From assembly GCA_025055795.1 (NCBI GenBank), contig JANWVV010000013.1:24755-88754 (forward strand): DNA of 64,000 bases. Direction: 5' to 3'. Source of the stretch: Gemmataceae bacterium. Lineage in GTDB: Bacteria > Planctomycetota > Planctomycetia > Gemmatales > Gemmataceae. The translations under genes and the position numbers were made by a program. Positions 31,047-41,974 of the stretch are shown here, one piece after another. The notes beneath the pieces were generated by a model. It had not been told where the DNA came from. It made no database searches and saw nothing but the letters and a program-made list of their open reading frames with translations. The number at the start of each line of letters is the position of its first letter. The first letter of the stretch is position 1.

Positions 31047-32215
31047 GGTAACTCCCTCCAATTAGCTAGCGGCGAGTTGCCGGCTGATACCCTCTAAATG
31101 CCATACCACTCGTGCAGGGTCCGTGCCATCGAGGCGGACTCCAGGTCCCGCAAAAGATCAGGTCGCCGTGGTCGACTCGTGTCATCTTTATCTTCACTCT
31201 GTACTACCGCACTGCCTGCGAGCAGTTCACCGAACTTTGTGAATTTTGCGACAAGCCCGCCTCAAAAAAATCGCCGCAAGAAAGGCGACCAGCTGAAAAA
31301 ACCGCAGGAACAGCCCATTATTGGCTTCATCGCCCCTCTGCGGCTTCCCCAAGCGTGGTTTTCTCAGGCCAACGAACAGCCGCTGAGCTTTTGATTATGG
31401 TTACCCGAAGATAACGTCAACCCGACTTTGCCGCTAATTTCACAAAGTCTACTGTAAGCTCCAGAGGTGCTAGCAACAAGGGGGCGAAGAAGACTTTTTT
31501 ATCCTCTTAGCGGCTTTTCGAATACCTGGACTGCATGTTGTCCCCTCTCAACTTTTTGGTGATTCCAACAAGGACAACGCCAAAGCCGTGATAGCTGGCA
31601 TCTGTCAAGCCGTCTTATCTGTCAACTGGCGTTGAATATTTTGATGTAAATCTTATTGACTTCAGACGATTTATCCCACATATGTATATATAGTATACAC
31701 ATGATTAGTTTTACTTCGTCAGAACCCTAGCGGGATTTGCGTTTGGCGAATAAATGCGGCAAAAGTGCGTCCATAGTGAGACGAAGCTGCGACTGGTTAC
31801 TGATGGTGCCAGAATTTGGCTATGCCTGTGCAGGGCAGATAGTACGGTTCCGTCGCGTTACCAAAACCCGACGTTCAGGCAACCAGCGACAAATCAGCCG
31901 AACAAGAGGGCGGTCGCTGAAATATGCAAATTATGCCCAACAGTGGCAGGGTAGGGACGAATGACGTGCCTTTCCCCACTCGGGATTTTCGTTTAGTCTG
32001 AAGGCAGACCACAGTTGCCGGATGCCATAGCAGGCAGGCCGGTTTCGTAACAGAATTTCTTGACATCGAGCGGCGATCGGTAAGCCAGGCGGTTTAATTT
32101 CCCTAGCTGGCCGGGAGGGAGTGGATGTCCAGCAACGACTGCAAAACGTGAATCGAGGTCCCCCCTGCGACGGAAACCTGGCAAGGAGCGGTAGAGCTAC
32201 AAAGGAGAGCGTACC

Positions 32216-33607
32216 ATGGAGCTGATGCGTGTGGTGGAGGCACGTCGGCCGGAGAACGTTGGGCGTGTGGTGCGGATTCGCGGCTGGGTACGCACCCGCC
32301 GGGATTCCAAGGCGGGCTTCAGCTTCATAGAGGTGAATGATGGGTCATGTCTCGGCAATCTGCAAATATTAGCACCGGTAAATCTGCCCAATTATGAAAG
32401 TATTGTCAAACATCTGCATACCGGGGCTAGCATAGTCGTTGACGGGACCATTCAGGCCTCGCCGGCCAAGGGGCAAGCAACGGAATTGGTTGCCCAGCGA
32501 CTGGAACTATTGGGGGACGCGGACCCGACCCTCTACCCACTGCAAAAGAAAAACCACACCTACGAATTTTTGCGAACAATCGCTCATTTGCGACCGCGTA
32601 CCAATACGTTTGGGGCGGTTACCCGTATACGTCATCGTGTGTCCCTGTCGATTCATCAGTTTTTCCACGAGAACGGCTTTTATTACATTCATACGCCCAT
32701 CATCACTGCCAGCGATTGCGAGGGGGCCGGTGCCCTCTTCCGGGTTACCACGCTGGATCCGGCTCGCCCCCCCCTCCGCGATGGTCAGGTCGATTACACG
32801 CAGGACTTTTTCGGCAAGCCGACGTATCTGACCGTGAGCGGGCAACTGCAGGCCGAGGCTTATGCTTGTGCCCTGGGCAAGGTGTATACTTTTGGCCCTA
32901 CCTTCCGGGCAGAAAACTCCAACACCACCCGTCACCTGGCCGAGTTCTGGATGGTCGAACCGGAGATGGCCTTTTACGAACTGGCCGACAATATGGACCT
33001 GGCCGAGGCCTTTCTCAAGCGGATACTGCGGGACGTCCTGCAGGAGTGCGCAGAGGACATGCGCTTTTTCCAGGAACGGGTCGATCCCAACCTGCTCCAG
33101 CGGCTCGAACAGGTGTTGCAAACCCCATTCCGGCGGATCAGCTATAGCGAGGCTATTGACATTTTGGCTCGGGCCGGCCGGGTTTGGGAATTCCCCGTCG
33201 CCTGGGGTAAGGATCTCCAAAGCGAGCACGAGCGTTACCTGGCCGAGGAGTATTTCCGGGGGCCAGTTATTCTTTACGACTATCCCCGGAGCATCAAGCC
33301 GTTTTACATGCGGGTCAACGACGATGGTCGCACCGTCCGGGCTATGGACGTCCTGGTGCCTGGGGTGGGTGAAATCATCGGTGGCAGCCAGCGTGAGGAG
33401 CGTGCCGACGTGCTCGAACAACGCATGCGCGAACAGGGGTTGGATGTGGAAGCCTACCGCTGGTACCTGGAGTTGCGTCAGTTTGGCTCTGTGCCGCATT
33501 CAGGGTTCGGCTTGGGACTGGAACGCACGTTACTCTTCCTGACCGGCTTGACCAACATCCGGGACGTCATCCCGTTCCCACGGTACCCCGGCCATGCCGA
33601 GTATTGA
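32216..33607 (+). CDS. asnS: Asparaginyl-tRNA synthetase
   Basis: [63 protein letters not shown]. Confidence 0.98.
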   Translation: MELMRVVEARRPENVGRVVRIRGWVRTRRDSKAGFSFIEVNDGSCLGNLQILAPVNLPNYESIVKHLHTGASIVVDGTIQASPAKGQATELVAQRLELLGDADPTLYPLQKKNHTYEFLRTIAHLRPRTNTFGAVTRIRHRVSLSIHQFFHENGFYYIHTPIITASDCEGAGALFRVTTLDPARPPLRDGQVDYTQDFFGKPTYLTVSGQLQAEAYACALGKVYTFGPTFRAENSNTTRHLAEFWMVEPEMAFYELADNMDLAEAFLKRILRDVLQECAEDMRFFQERVDPNLLQRLEQVLQTPFRRISYSEAIDILARAGRVWEFPVAWGKDLQSEHERYLAEEYFRGPVILYDYPRSIKPFYMRVNDDGRTVRAMDVLVPGVGEIIGGSQREERADVLEQRMREQGLDVEAYRWYLELRQFGSVPHSGFGLGLERTLLFLTGLTNIRDVIPFPRYPGHAEY

Positions 33608-33693
33608 ACGCAGGGCATCGTAGCGATTGACGGGCAGTGGTCCCCGCTGGTGCAAGGCAGGCCCTTGGGGGAAACCGCCTGGTGAGATCAAAC

Positions 33694-36438
33694 TCATACT
33701 TCGGACAACGATGGGGTGACCCAGCGGACTGCGACCTGGCAAGGGGTGGCGGGGTCGCGACAGATCCCTTGTTCCAGATCGAAACGCTCGTGGAGCAGCA
33801 GTGTCCAGGGATTATGGGGTAGAGGCAGGAGGGGATCGTCTGGCTCGGGAGTTTGGTCCAAGCCGGTCGACAGGATCAAGCGATCGGCTGCACGGGTACA
33901 GGCGACGTACAAAACCCGCCATTCTTCGGCTGTCTCGTCGATTTGGTCCAGGCGTTGGCCTAACTGGAAGGGCAGAGGGGAAAAGGGGGGTGTTTCTTCC
34001 TGGGCCGAAGCGGTTTTCCACTCAGCGGGCAGGTCCGTCAGCAGGCCGAGCACCTGGTGCCAGCGAACGGGGAAGGCCAAGCCGCTGCGGCGGGTGCCGG
34101 CCAGATCAGGTACTACGACCACGGGAAACTCCAGTCCCTTGGCTTGATGGATGCTCATCAGCCGGACGACGTCGGCTTGTTCAGGTACCGTGGCCGCTTG
34201 TTCTTCCTTGGGCTGGCGGGCCACCAGATCGTGCAGCCGTTGGGCAAACTCGTGCAGACCGAACAAGCCGCGACATTCGAAGTCCCGGGCCATCTCCACG
34301 ATCTTCCATAGGTTAGCCAGCTTGCGCGGGCCCAGCGGCTCAAACTGCAAAGCGGCGTCGTAGGCAGACTCCCCAATAATCTTTTGCAGCAGGCGAGCGA
34401 TGGGCAAACGGTCCTTGGCCTTCTGCCAGTGGCTAAGCAATCGGGCCGCCCGCTCAACCGCTTCCTGTTGTTCTGGGGGTAGCTGGGCTCGCAGGGCGGG
34501 ATCGTTCAGTCCTGCCACCAGACCGTCACGGTGCTGCGCTAGGATCACCAACGTGGCATCCGACAACTGGAAAAATGGCGAGCGCAGGGCCCCAGCCAGA
34601 GAGATCCAGTCGTGGGGATTTTCCACAGCCCGGAGCACGTTGAGCAGGTCGTAGATTTCTTGCTGCGCGAAGAAGGCCCAACCACCAACGAGGTAGTAGT
34701 CGATCCCGGCCTGCTGCAGGGCGGCTTCGTAGACGTCCACATGCGACATGGAGCGGAACAGTATGGCAATATCGCGGGGGCATAACCGGCGTGGCTGAGG
34801 ATCCCGCCCCCAGCGTCGCGGCGTCGGATCGTCGAGCAACTGCTGGATACGCTGGGCAATGGCCCGGGCCTCGCGACGGCGACGAAACAGAGCCGCCCCT
34901 TCTTCTTCCTGGTGGACTAGTTCCACATCGTCGGCCTGTTGTTCTGGCACGACCCAGAGAAATTCCACGGGTACCTCGTGGGCGTTGTCGGTTAGCCGAT
35001 GTGCCTCCAGAGGAACATACTCCTCCAGATGCCGGCAAAACAACGCATTCACAAACCGCAGGATGCCCGGATGGGAGCGGAAATTACGGCTTAAATCCAG
35101 TTGTCCCTCCGGTGGCATCTGCCGCCGAAGATCCAGGAACAGATGGACGTCCGCGCCACGGAACCGGTAGATCGATTGCTTATGGTCACCCACGGCAAAC
35201 AGTTTGCCACTGGTCAGTTGCTCGCCGCAGAGTAGCCGGAGCAATTCCATCTGGACCGGGTCGGTATCCTGTAGTTCATCGACCAGGATGAAGCGGTAAA
35301 GTTGCTGCAATTCCGTGCGAATACGCTCGTCGCGTTGCAGCAGGTCGCAGCACCGTGTCAGCAGGTCGTGGAAATCGAGCAGATCCTGTTCATTTTTGCG
35401 TCGCTGGTAGTCGTTAGCCACCCAGGCAGCCACGTGTAACCAATGCTGGCTGAGGATGGCCGCTGCTGTGATTCCCTCCTGCTGCCAATGGAGGTTGTCG
35501 AACAGCTCGCTGCCGTTTTTCAGGGACTCACGAAAATCCTCGAAGATTTTCCTGGCTCGTTCCCGCAGGGTATCGTCGGGCCAGCTCTTCTGGGGAATGG
35601 CACGGATGGTCGCGGTTTGACGGAGACGTTCCAGCGCGGCCGTCCAATCGGTTGTGTGGGGCAGCGCGTTCAACTGCTGCTCCAGCTCATCGGCCAGGCA
35701 GGACAGGGTAAGTCCGGCTGCGCGTAATCGGGGCAGAAAGCTTTCCAGTGCGACCCAGGCCGCATGAGTTCGACGGAGATGGACGACCCAGCGGGGCTGC
35801 AACTGACGAGCTTGTTCATGCCAGAAAGTAGCCAGTTCGTCAGGTGTTTGCCCTAGCCAATGTTCCCAGCGGGAGCGGTCGTATTGTGAGACCAAGCCCT
35901 CGATGTGCCGTTGGATCTCAGCATAGCTGTAGTATGTCAACAAGTACTGCAAACTGAGGCTTTCGGGAGGACTGGAGGGTTGCAACAGTAGCCGGCGTAA
36001 CGATTCGGCGATCTGTTCCTGACGGAACGTGGCCGCTTGCAGTTCATCCAGAACAGTGAAGCTGGGATCCAGCCCAGCGGCCACCGCATGACGCCGGAGC
36101 AGGGCGTTACAGAAGGCATGTATAGTGGTGATAGTGGCTTGTTCCAGTTCCCGTAAGTGCAGTTGCCAGCGGCGTGCAGTGTCGGGGTCGTGGACCTGCC
36201 GGGCTTGCTGCAGACGCTGTCGCAGGGTGTGGCGGATGCGTTCACGCATTTCGCGGGCCGCCCGTTCGGTGAAGGTGATCGCCACTAGTTGCCGCGGTGT
36301 TGCCCCGTCCAGCTCCAGATGACTGATGTAGCGTTGAGTGAGCACGAAGGTTTTGCCGCTGCCCGCCCCTGCCGACAACACGATCGACACGCCGCGACGA
36401 TAAACTGCTTCCCGCTGTTGCTGGGTCCACTCGGTCAT
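33694..36438 (-). CDS. UvrD/AddA-like SF1 helicase
   Basis: Walker A AGAGSGKT, TFTERAAREM, TIHAFC, VDELQDT, VGDHKQSIYRFRGAD, NFRS, MSIHQAKGLEF, LYVACTRA. Confidence 0.92.
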   Translation of the reverse strand: MTEWTQQQREAVYRRGVSIVLSAGAGSGKTFVLTQRYISHLELDGATPRQLVAITFTERAAREMRERIRHTLRQRLQQARQVHDPDTARRWQLHLRELEQATITTIHAFCNALLRRHAVAAGLDPSFTVLDELQAATFRQEQIAESLRRLLLQPSSPPESLSLQYLLTYYSYAEIQRHIEGLVSQYDRSRWEHWLGQTPDELATFWHEQARQLQPRWVVHLRRTHAAWVALESFLPRLRAAGLTLSCLADELEQQLNALPHTTDWTAALERLRQTATIRAIPQKSWPDDTLRERARKIFEDFRESLKNGSELFDNLHWQQEGITAAAILSQHWLHVAAWVANDYQRRKNEQDLLDFHDLLTRCCDLLQRDERIRTELQQLYRFILVDELQDTDPVQMELLRLLCGEQLTSGKLFAVGDHKQSIYRFRGADVHLFLDLRRQMPPEGQLDLSRNFRSHPGILRFVNALFCRHLEEYVPLEAHRLTDNAHEVPVEFLWVVPEQQADDVELVHQEEEGAALFRRRREARAIAQRIQQLLDDPTPRRWGRDPQPRRLCPRDIAILFRSMSHVDVYEAALQQAGIDYYLVGGWAFFAQQEIYDLLNVLRAVENPHDWISLAGALRSPFFQLSDATLVILAQHRDGLVAGLNDPALRAQLPPEQQEAVERAARLLSHWQKAKDRLPIARLLQKIIGESAYDAALQFEPLGPRKLANLWKIVEMARDFECRGLFGLHEFAQRLHDLVARQPKEEQAATVPEQADVVRLMSIHQAKGLEFPVVVVPDLAGTRRSGLAFPVRWHQVLGLLTDLPAEWKTASAQEETPPFSPLPFQLGQRLDQIDETAEEWRVLYVACTRAADRLILSTGLDQTPEPDDPLLPLPHNPWTLLLHERFDLEQGICRDPATPCQVAVRWVTPSLSEV

Positions 36439-36779
36439 GCTTCGAACGGTTGCTGGCCGGTTGCCATCGAGTCGTCACGATAACGGTTGTGCGTGCACCT
36501 TAGCGTCCGGGCTGTGCACTTTCCAAGAGCAACCGCCCAAGGAAGCACATGGGCCATCGTAACAGGGACGATTGGACGCTTGTGCCGTATGGAACCACAG
36601 GCTTTACCATAGGTGAACGATGAAACAGGGTATCGGTAGGAGATACTTTCGTGGAGGGCAGGTGCACTTTCCCTCTTGAGGTCAGTGGGGCGGGTGCCTA
36701 CACTGACAACAAGGAGTACAAGCCGCTGCCTGGCCGAACAATGTTTGCAGCCAAAGGCAGTTGATTCATTCAACCTCGA

Positions 36780-36853
36780 GCACCCGTAGCTCAACTGGAT
36801 AGAGCATCGGTCTTCGGAACCGAGGGTTGGGGGTTCGAGTCCCTCCGGGTGTA
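36780..36853 (+). tRNA. tRNA-Arg, anticodon TCG
   Basis: Acceptor stem GCACCCG/CGGGTGT, D arm GCTC..GAGC, anticodon arm TCGGT-CT-TCG-GA-ACCGA, T loop GTTCGAG. CCA is not encoded. Confidence 0.95.
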
Positions 36854-37531
36854 TTAAGCACTATCGCACTTTGTGGTCGCTAACTGCCTGGCGGCGGTGA
36901 GGTTGTTGCAAGATCAGCGACTCCCGACAATACTTCTTTAACCACCTGCAACTTGGCCACTTCCGTCGTTTGGGGTGTCGGGTTTTGCCCCCTCAGCACC
37001 CTCGAGGCCCAAGCCGAACAACAAATTTGCATAGTTGTCGTTAATGAGGCTGCGGTAACCTTTCGCCATGACTTGGCTAGCCCACGCATAGCACCGATGC
37101 CAGTAAATATGCCACCAGAAACCCCAATCCTGTTGCCCCCCGATTGATCAACGGTTCGGTACCAACCGTTACGTGCGTCCGATGAAGCAAGCCCTTATAC
37201 GGCGGTCACAAACTTTGCTCCGTTCCGTTGCTCAAGTTTTTTCCTGAACAGTCACCCTTGCGTAGCAACCAAATAACAAGATGACCAACGTTGGTTAGAG
37301 ATTTGCTTTTGCTTTCTCTGAATCAGTCCGAATACTCCAGGACGAATTACTGAGCGATCTGTGAGCAGCGGTGTTCATGGTTAAGGACCGGTCACCCAAC
37401 TGCTACATGAGATAGGCCAGAAATTAAATCAACAGACAGGATCCAGTAAAGACATAGCCAATTCGCCCTATTTGGCGGGGGTAAGTTTTGGGTAAATCAC
37501 AAGGCGCTGGTGATGAGTAAGTCATTAAAAA

Positions 37532-37606
37532 TCGGGGTGACAGGATTTGAACCTGCGACTTCGTGGTCCCAAACCACGCGCTCTAGCCAGGCTGAGCTAC
37601 ACCCCG
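37532..37606 (-). tRNA. tRNA-Pro, anticodon TGG
   Basis: Reverse complement reads CGGGGTGTAGCTCAGCCTGGCTAGAGCG-CGTGG-TT-TGG-GA-CCACG-AAGTCGCAGGTTCAAATCCTGTCACCCCGA. Confidence 0.95.
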
Positions 37607-37865
37607 GTATCTAGTTGTCTTTTTGGTTAGGTTTGGTTTCGTTTACTGGGAGCAGTTACCTCCTTCACGGATGCTTAAAGCTTTGTTTTTCCTTACGGAT
37701 ATTTTAGAATGACTCGCAGCTGGCCCGAAGGTAGAAACGTTTACATTCCGCCGTAAGACCCTACATAAGCAGCAACGATATTATACATGCCACTCGGGAA
37801 AAGTTGAAGAGAGACTGGGGGTCCAAGGGTGGCTCTTGAGACTGTTTGGTGGCGGAAAGTTGGTG

Positions 37866-38495
37866 TTATTTCAGTAGGAAGGAGTCGAGGAACGCCCGGG
37901 CCGTGTCCCCGGTCACAAATGACGTTGGCCCAAAGACCATGATTTGGTACAAGCGTGTGCCGTCGAGGATGTATCGGCAGATCATTTGCTGATTGCCCTT
38001 GCGCCAGGTGACTTCCCGACCCGGAAGCTGTTGCGCCCCGTAAACAATTTTTTTTAGCGTCAGATCCGCCTTGTCGCGAAGGAGCATTTCCACAATGCCT
38101 TGCAGCAGGACGTCGGGATCAGCCATGGGGGAGACGGGTAGGGTGGCGTAGCCAAATAGGAAGATGCCACCGTCATTGGTGGCATAAGTGGCCAGGCGTA
38201 AGGGAAAGCGGCCCAAAGCATTGCGAATAGTCCGCGTGGATTCGCGCGGCCGGTCAGGGAAAACGACCGAGACCTCCCGGTCGCCCATCTGCACGTGGAA
38301 CAGCTTGCCCGTGGGCGAAGCAGAGTTGTCCGGGTGCTCCTGATTTTCCCTCCCGGTTACCTCACCCGTCTGAGAAATCAGAAGGAGGTGCTCTGTAGCA
38401 CCAGGTGGCAACGGGGACGGAAAGCAAGTTTCACACGCTCCTGCCAACGAAAGCAGCACCGGCAGATGGAGCAATCCTACGAGCCATCGTTCCAT
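37866..38495 (-). CDS. Exported hypothetical protein, possible lipoprotein, paralog of the upstream gene
   Basis: Hydrophobic N-terminus ending LAGAC. C-terminal GTRLYQIMVFG..RAFLDSF parallels the neighbouring gene. Confidence 0.7.
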   Translation of the reverse strand: MERWLVGLLHLPVLLSLAGACETCFPSPLPPGATEHLLLISQTGEVTGRENQEHPDNSASPTGKLFHVQMGDREVSVVFPDRPRESTRTIRNALGRFPLRLATYATNDGGIFLFGYATLPVSPMADPDVLLQGIVEMLLRDKADLTLKKIVYGAQQLPGREVTWRKGNQQMICRYILDGTRLYQIMVFGPTSFVTGDTARAFLDSFLLK

Positions 38496-39055
38496 CAGCG
38501 GGTTACCTCGAAAGCGTTAAAGAAGCGATCGACGGAAGAGGACGTTACCACCTCCCGACTGCCCCTGACGGAAATCTGGTACAGTCGGGCACCGGCAATA
38601 ACGATCCGGTGCCGGATAAACCCTTCGGGGGTCTCGATCAGCAGGTCGCGTGCGGGGTATTTTTCGTAACCGATGGTCAAATCCCTTTGCTCCAGTACCT
38701 TGCCTCTAGGCCCCTTGACCGCATCACGAACTTTGTCCAGCCGTTGGGCAGCCGGCTGCTGGGCTACGTCCATCGGGGCATCGACATAACTGATCACAAA
38801 CAGGGTGCCGCCCCGAAGTTCTACCGAGTCAATGACTACCTTAAGCTTAGCGTTACTATTGTCCCCCGCCGGTATCTCGACCTCGTCTGTCTTTACCGGT
38901 CCAGGAAAAATCCCCTTATAACGCCCCGCACTCGAGGCATATGGCAGAAATTCCGGAGCCTGAGCACGTAAAACCGAAGTACCATCCTCGGTGAGCAGGC
39001 ATACAACTAGGGTAACTGTCAACGCCCATGGGTATATCCATCCCTGTTGTAGCAT
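38495..39055 (-). CDS. Exported hypothetical protein (PsbP/DcrB-like fold suspected)
   Basis: Signal peptide ending LRA-Q, YPARDLLIE, GARLYQISVRG..DRFFNAF. Its stop overlaps the next start (TGATG). Confidence 0.75.
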   Translation of the reverse strand: MLQQGWIYPWALTVTLVVCLLTEDGTSVLRAQAPEFLPYASSAGRYKGIFPGPVKTDEVEIPAGDNSNAKLKVVIDSVELRGGTLFVISYVDAPMDVAQQPAAQRLDKVRDAVKGPRGKVLEQRDLTIGYEKYPARDLLIETPEGFIRHRIVIAGARLYQISVRGSREVVTSSSVDRFFNAFEVTR

Positions 39056-39646
39056 TCGGTGACCCTCCTGGTCCGTAATGGCCGTTCTCTTGAGTGAGCG
39101 AAGGCCGCCACACCTCGAAGTAATACGTCAGTGACGCCGAAGTAGTTATTGTTTGGCTGTGGATGAAGCCTTTAGGTTCCTATTACAGAAAAGACTTCGG
39201 CTTCCGGGGGCGATAACTAGAGCCTGGGCATTCCCAAATGCCTACCTCTCAAGAGGCTAGTCTGCGACCATTTCACCTTAGCGTTCGCAGACTTTCTACG
39301 CAAGTGAAAGCCGAGGCGGTTCGAAGTGTCCTCCCGTCGCTTGGTGAGACTATTGAAAAGAGGATGAGAGAGGATATGATTGCTCGCACACCGTTTTATT
39401 TGCGAAATAAATGAAACATTTTATCGAGGAAACCTTGGCGGCACGGATTTTCATCCCGGCAGACCGTTTGTCTGCCATTGGAGATTGAACACCAAGGCCA
39501 CTAAGTGGGTTTTAATGGAGGAGAATTGGAATTTGCCACCAATAGCGGCATTGAATAGGTGCTGTTAGCAGCGTGTCGAAGGGAGAGTGCATAGGGCGAA
39601 GTCGCGGTTGATAATCGCTCCGCACAGCCCGGTTCTAAAACCGTTA

Positions 39647-40240
39647 TTACTTGTGGGTAGCCACCTTGCGGAAGTATTCTTTAGAGGCTTGGACATCGGG
39701 CTTGATGGTGGGTTGTCCTTTGTGCCATTCGGCTGGGCAGACTTCGCCGTGTTGTTCGTAGAATTGCAGGGCATCGAGCACACGGAGTGTCTCGTCGACG
39801 CTACGCCCTAGGGGTAGATCGTGGATGGTAATGGCACGGATAATCCCCTGACGATCGATGATGAAGGTACCGCGCAGGGCGACGCCACTATCCAGAAGCA
39901 CGCCATAATCCCGGCTAATCTGTTTGGTCAGGTCGGCGATCAGCGGATATTTCAGGCCTCCCAGACCTCCCTCTTCGCGGGGAGTGCGGATCCAGGCCAA
40001 ATGGGAAAACTGGCTGTCGATAGAGCAGCCCAGGACTTCCGCACCACGGGCATGAAACTCTTGCAACCGGTCGTTGAACGCGATGATCTCCGTAGGACAG
40101 ACGAAGGTGAAATCCAACGGGTAAAAGAACAGAACGACGTATTTACCCCGATAGTCTGACAGTTGGATAGTTTTGAACTGTTCATTGACGACCGCAGTGG
40201 CCGTGAAATTGGGGGCCTCTTTCTGAACTTGTGCAGGCAT
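39647..40240 (-). CDS. ahpC: 2-Cys peroxiredoxin (AhpC/TSA)
   Basis: [25 protein letters not shown]. Confidence 0.96.
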   Translation of the reverse strand: MPAQVQKEAPNFTATAVVNEQFKTIQLSDYRGKYVVLFFYPLDFTFVCPTEIIAFNDRLQEFHARGAEVLGCSIDSQFSHLAWIRTPREEGGLGGLKYPLIADLTKQISRDYGVLLDSGVALRGTFIIDRQGIIRAITIHDLPLGRSVDETLRVLDALQFYEQHGEVCPAEWHKGQPTIKPDVQASKEYFRKVATHK

Positions 40241-40603
40241 GAGTTATACTCCTTTGGCCAATACCGTCAGTGGTAACCAGGCCGACCCGGTGTCGGCCTC
40301 GCAGAACATGATTAGAAACCGCGGTACGGGGTAGCTACGGGGGCGAACCAAAACAGCAGATAGGTTTCGCCGATAGCAACAAAAACAACCTACAGCGTCA
40401 GGGAACTGAGGAACAAAAAGCGTGGAGCCTCGGGTGCCCCAGGGATGGATAAGTCCGCGCAAAAGCAAAAGGATGGTCCTTTAACGATGAAGTAAAACAC
40501 TTCGATGGTCGCAGGCGACCAACTCGGTGCAGATACCTAGGCCGCTGCAAGTACAGCAATGGGTTGATCTCATTTGGCTGGCGAGCGGGTAGGGGAGTCA
40601 GGT

Positions 40604-41467
40604 TCAGGCGTGGGCTGGGCGGCGTCGGCGGCGTCGCCAACCGGCCACGGTAATGCCACCCAAGGCAACCATAAGGACAGAACCGGGCTCGGGGGTGGTT
40701 GCTGGCCCGGGATCATCGGGGTAGGGAGGCATGGAACCAGGAGCGCCGCCCAAAGGGGGTGCACCCCCATCTGGATTGTCGTCGCTATCCCAAGGGGGAG
40801 GCAGGGAGTCGGGTGGAGAAGTCCCGGGATTGTCTCCTTGCTGGTCGCCCGGAGTATTGGCTGGGGGTTGCTCGTGGCCGCCGCCATGGCCATTGGTGTC
40901 CGGTCCCAAACCGATTACCCACCAGCCACCCCCTGGCACAGTTACCTGACCCGATCCGAGGGGGTTACCGTTAGGATCGGTGACGTCCACACTGATGACC
41001 CGTGAGCCATCGCTGGCTGGAGGAGACAGTCCGACACTGAGGCGGGGCGAATCGGGCGGCACGGGTAAGCCCGTCAGGGGGGCGCCCGACGCCGGAGGGG
41101 TGCCGGCAAACCGAGGTAGGGCACCGCTGGGAATTGAGGGATTTCCTAGATTGCCACTGCTGGGGGTGACTGTGGCATAACCATCATGGGTGGGGAGCAA
41201 CACCGGCGTTCCCAAAGGGGAGAACAGGGTGGCCCCTCCCCCCGTCGTGGCCTGAGCGGTAAAGCTACCATTTAAACTCACGATCGCCAAGGGCGGACCA
41301 TGTTGTGAATCAAACCAGAATTCGTTGTAGTCCGAGGGGACAGAAGCACCGCTTAAACCTGCGGCTAATGTGATCCAGAAGCCGTCGGCATACGCCGGCA
41401 TAGACCAGGTAAACCCCAGCGTGAGCAGTATCCCCCATGCCACTGCCCTGGCTAACACACGACGCAT
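40604..41467 (-). CDS. PEP-CTERM sorting domain protein
   Basis: Signal peptide ..MPAYA-D, Pro/Gly/Asp-rich linker, C-terminus TPEPGSVLMVALGGITVAGWRRRRRR. Confidence 0.9.
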   Translation of the reverse strand: MRRVLARAVAWGILLTLGFTWSMPAYADGFWITLAAGLSGASVPSDYNEFWFDSQHGPPLAIVSLNGSFTAQATTGGGATLFSPLGTPVLLPTHDGYATVTPSSGNLGNPSIPSGALPRFAGTPPASGAPLTGLPVPPDSPRLSVGLSPPASDGSRVISVDVTDPNGNPLGSGQVTVPGGGWWVIGLGPDTNGHGGGHEQPPANTPGDQQGDNPGTSPPDSLPPPWDSDDNPDGGAPPLGGAPGSMPPYPDDPGPATTPEPGSVLMVALGGITVAGWRRRRRRPAHA

Positions 41468-41974
41468 ACAATCGCCCTTCCAAAGTAGTGAAATGCTCCT
41501 CATTCTCGCTCCCCGCGGCCGAGCCTTCGCTCTGGCTGCGGCAGACTAATCGAAAAACTTGAGAAAAAAAAGACGAACTTTCCAAGACTCCGCTCAACTT
41601 TGATACCGACAACTCCGACTAGCCATCGGGCACAGACTTGCCGGTAACCCATCTGATCTCGATGGGAGCCACCGATACGCTTGCAGCGATTGAAATTCAG
41701 TCGGTAGCCATCCTTTAGACTTGGCGTTTAGTTACTAAGGTTAGAGCGGTGGATCCCTCTGAAGAAACTACTGGCCCAATTGGCACCTGGTGTACTGATG
41801 ACACCTTTCAGAAACCGGCTTGTCAGAAAAACAGCAGTAAAAGGGACAGGCGCTGACAAACTCCATCGCGAGCTTTATGGTCATCAGACCTGATTAGTAA
41901 ATCTTCTGTCTGTTTATTACATGACAAGAATATCCTCTGCAGTCTAATTATTAGATGAATGACAGAAGACGCTA

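Noticed and set aside
31641-31654. FNR/CRP-like box TTGAT-GTAA-ATCTT upstream of the respiratory cluster
   Set aside because: Only one half-site is perfect, it lies in an AT-rich tract where chance matches are likely, and it is far from actA.
39318-39335. GGTTCGAA T-loop-like motif suggesting a tRNA (including tRNA-Sec)
   Set aside because: No acceptor, D or anticodon arms can be built around it.
41809-41823. CAGAAACCGGCTTGT resembling the RNase P RNA 3' conserved segment
   Set aside because: The matching 5' GAGGAAAGTCC element is absent at the expected distance upstream, which is occupied by the PEP-CTERM gene start on the other strand.
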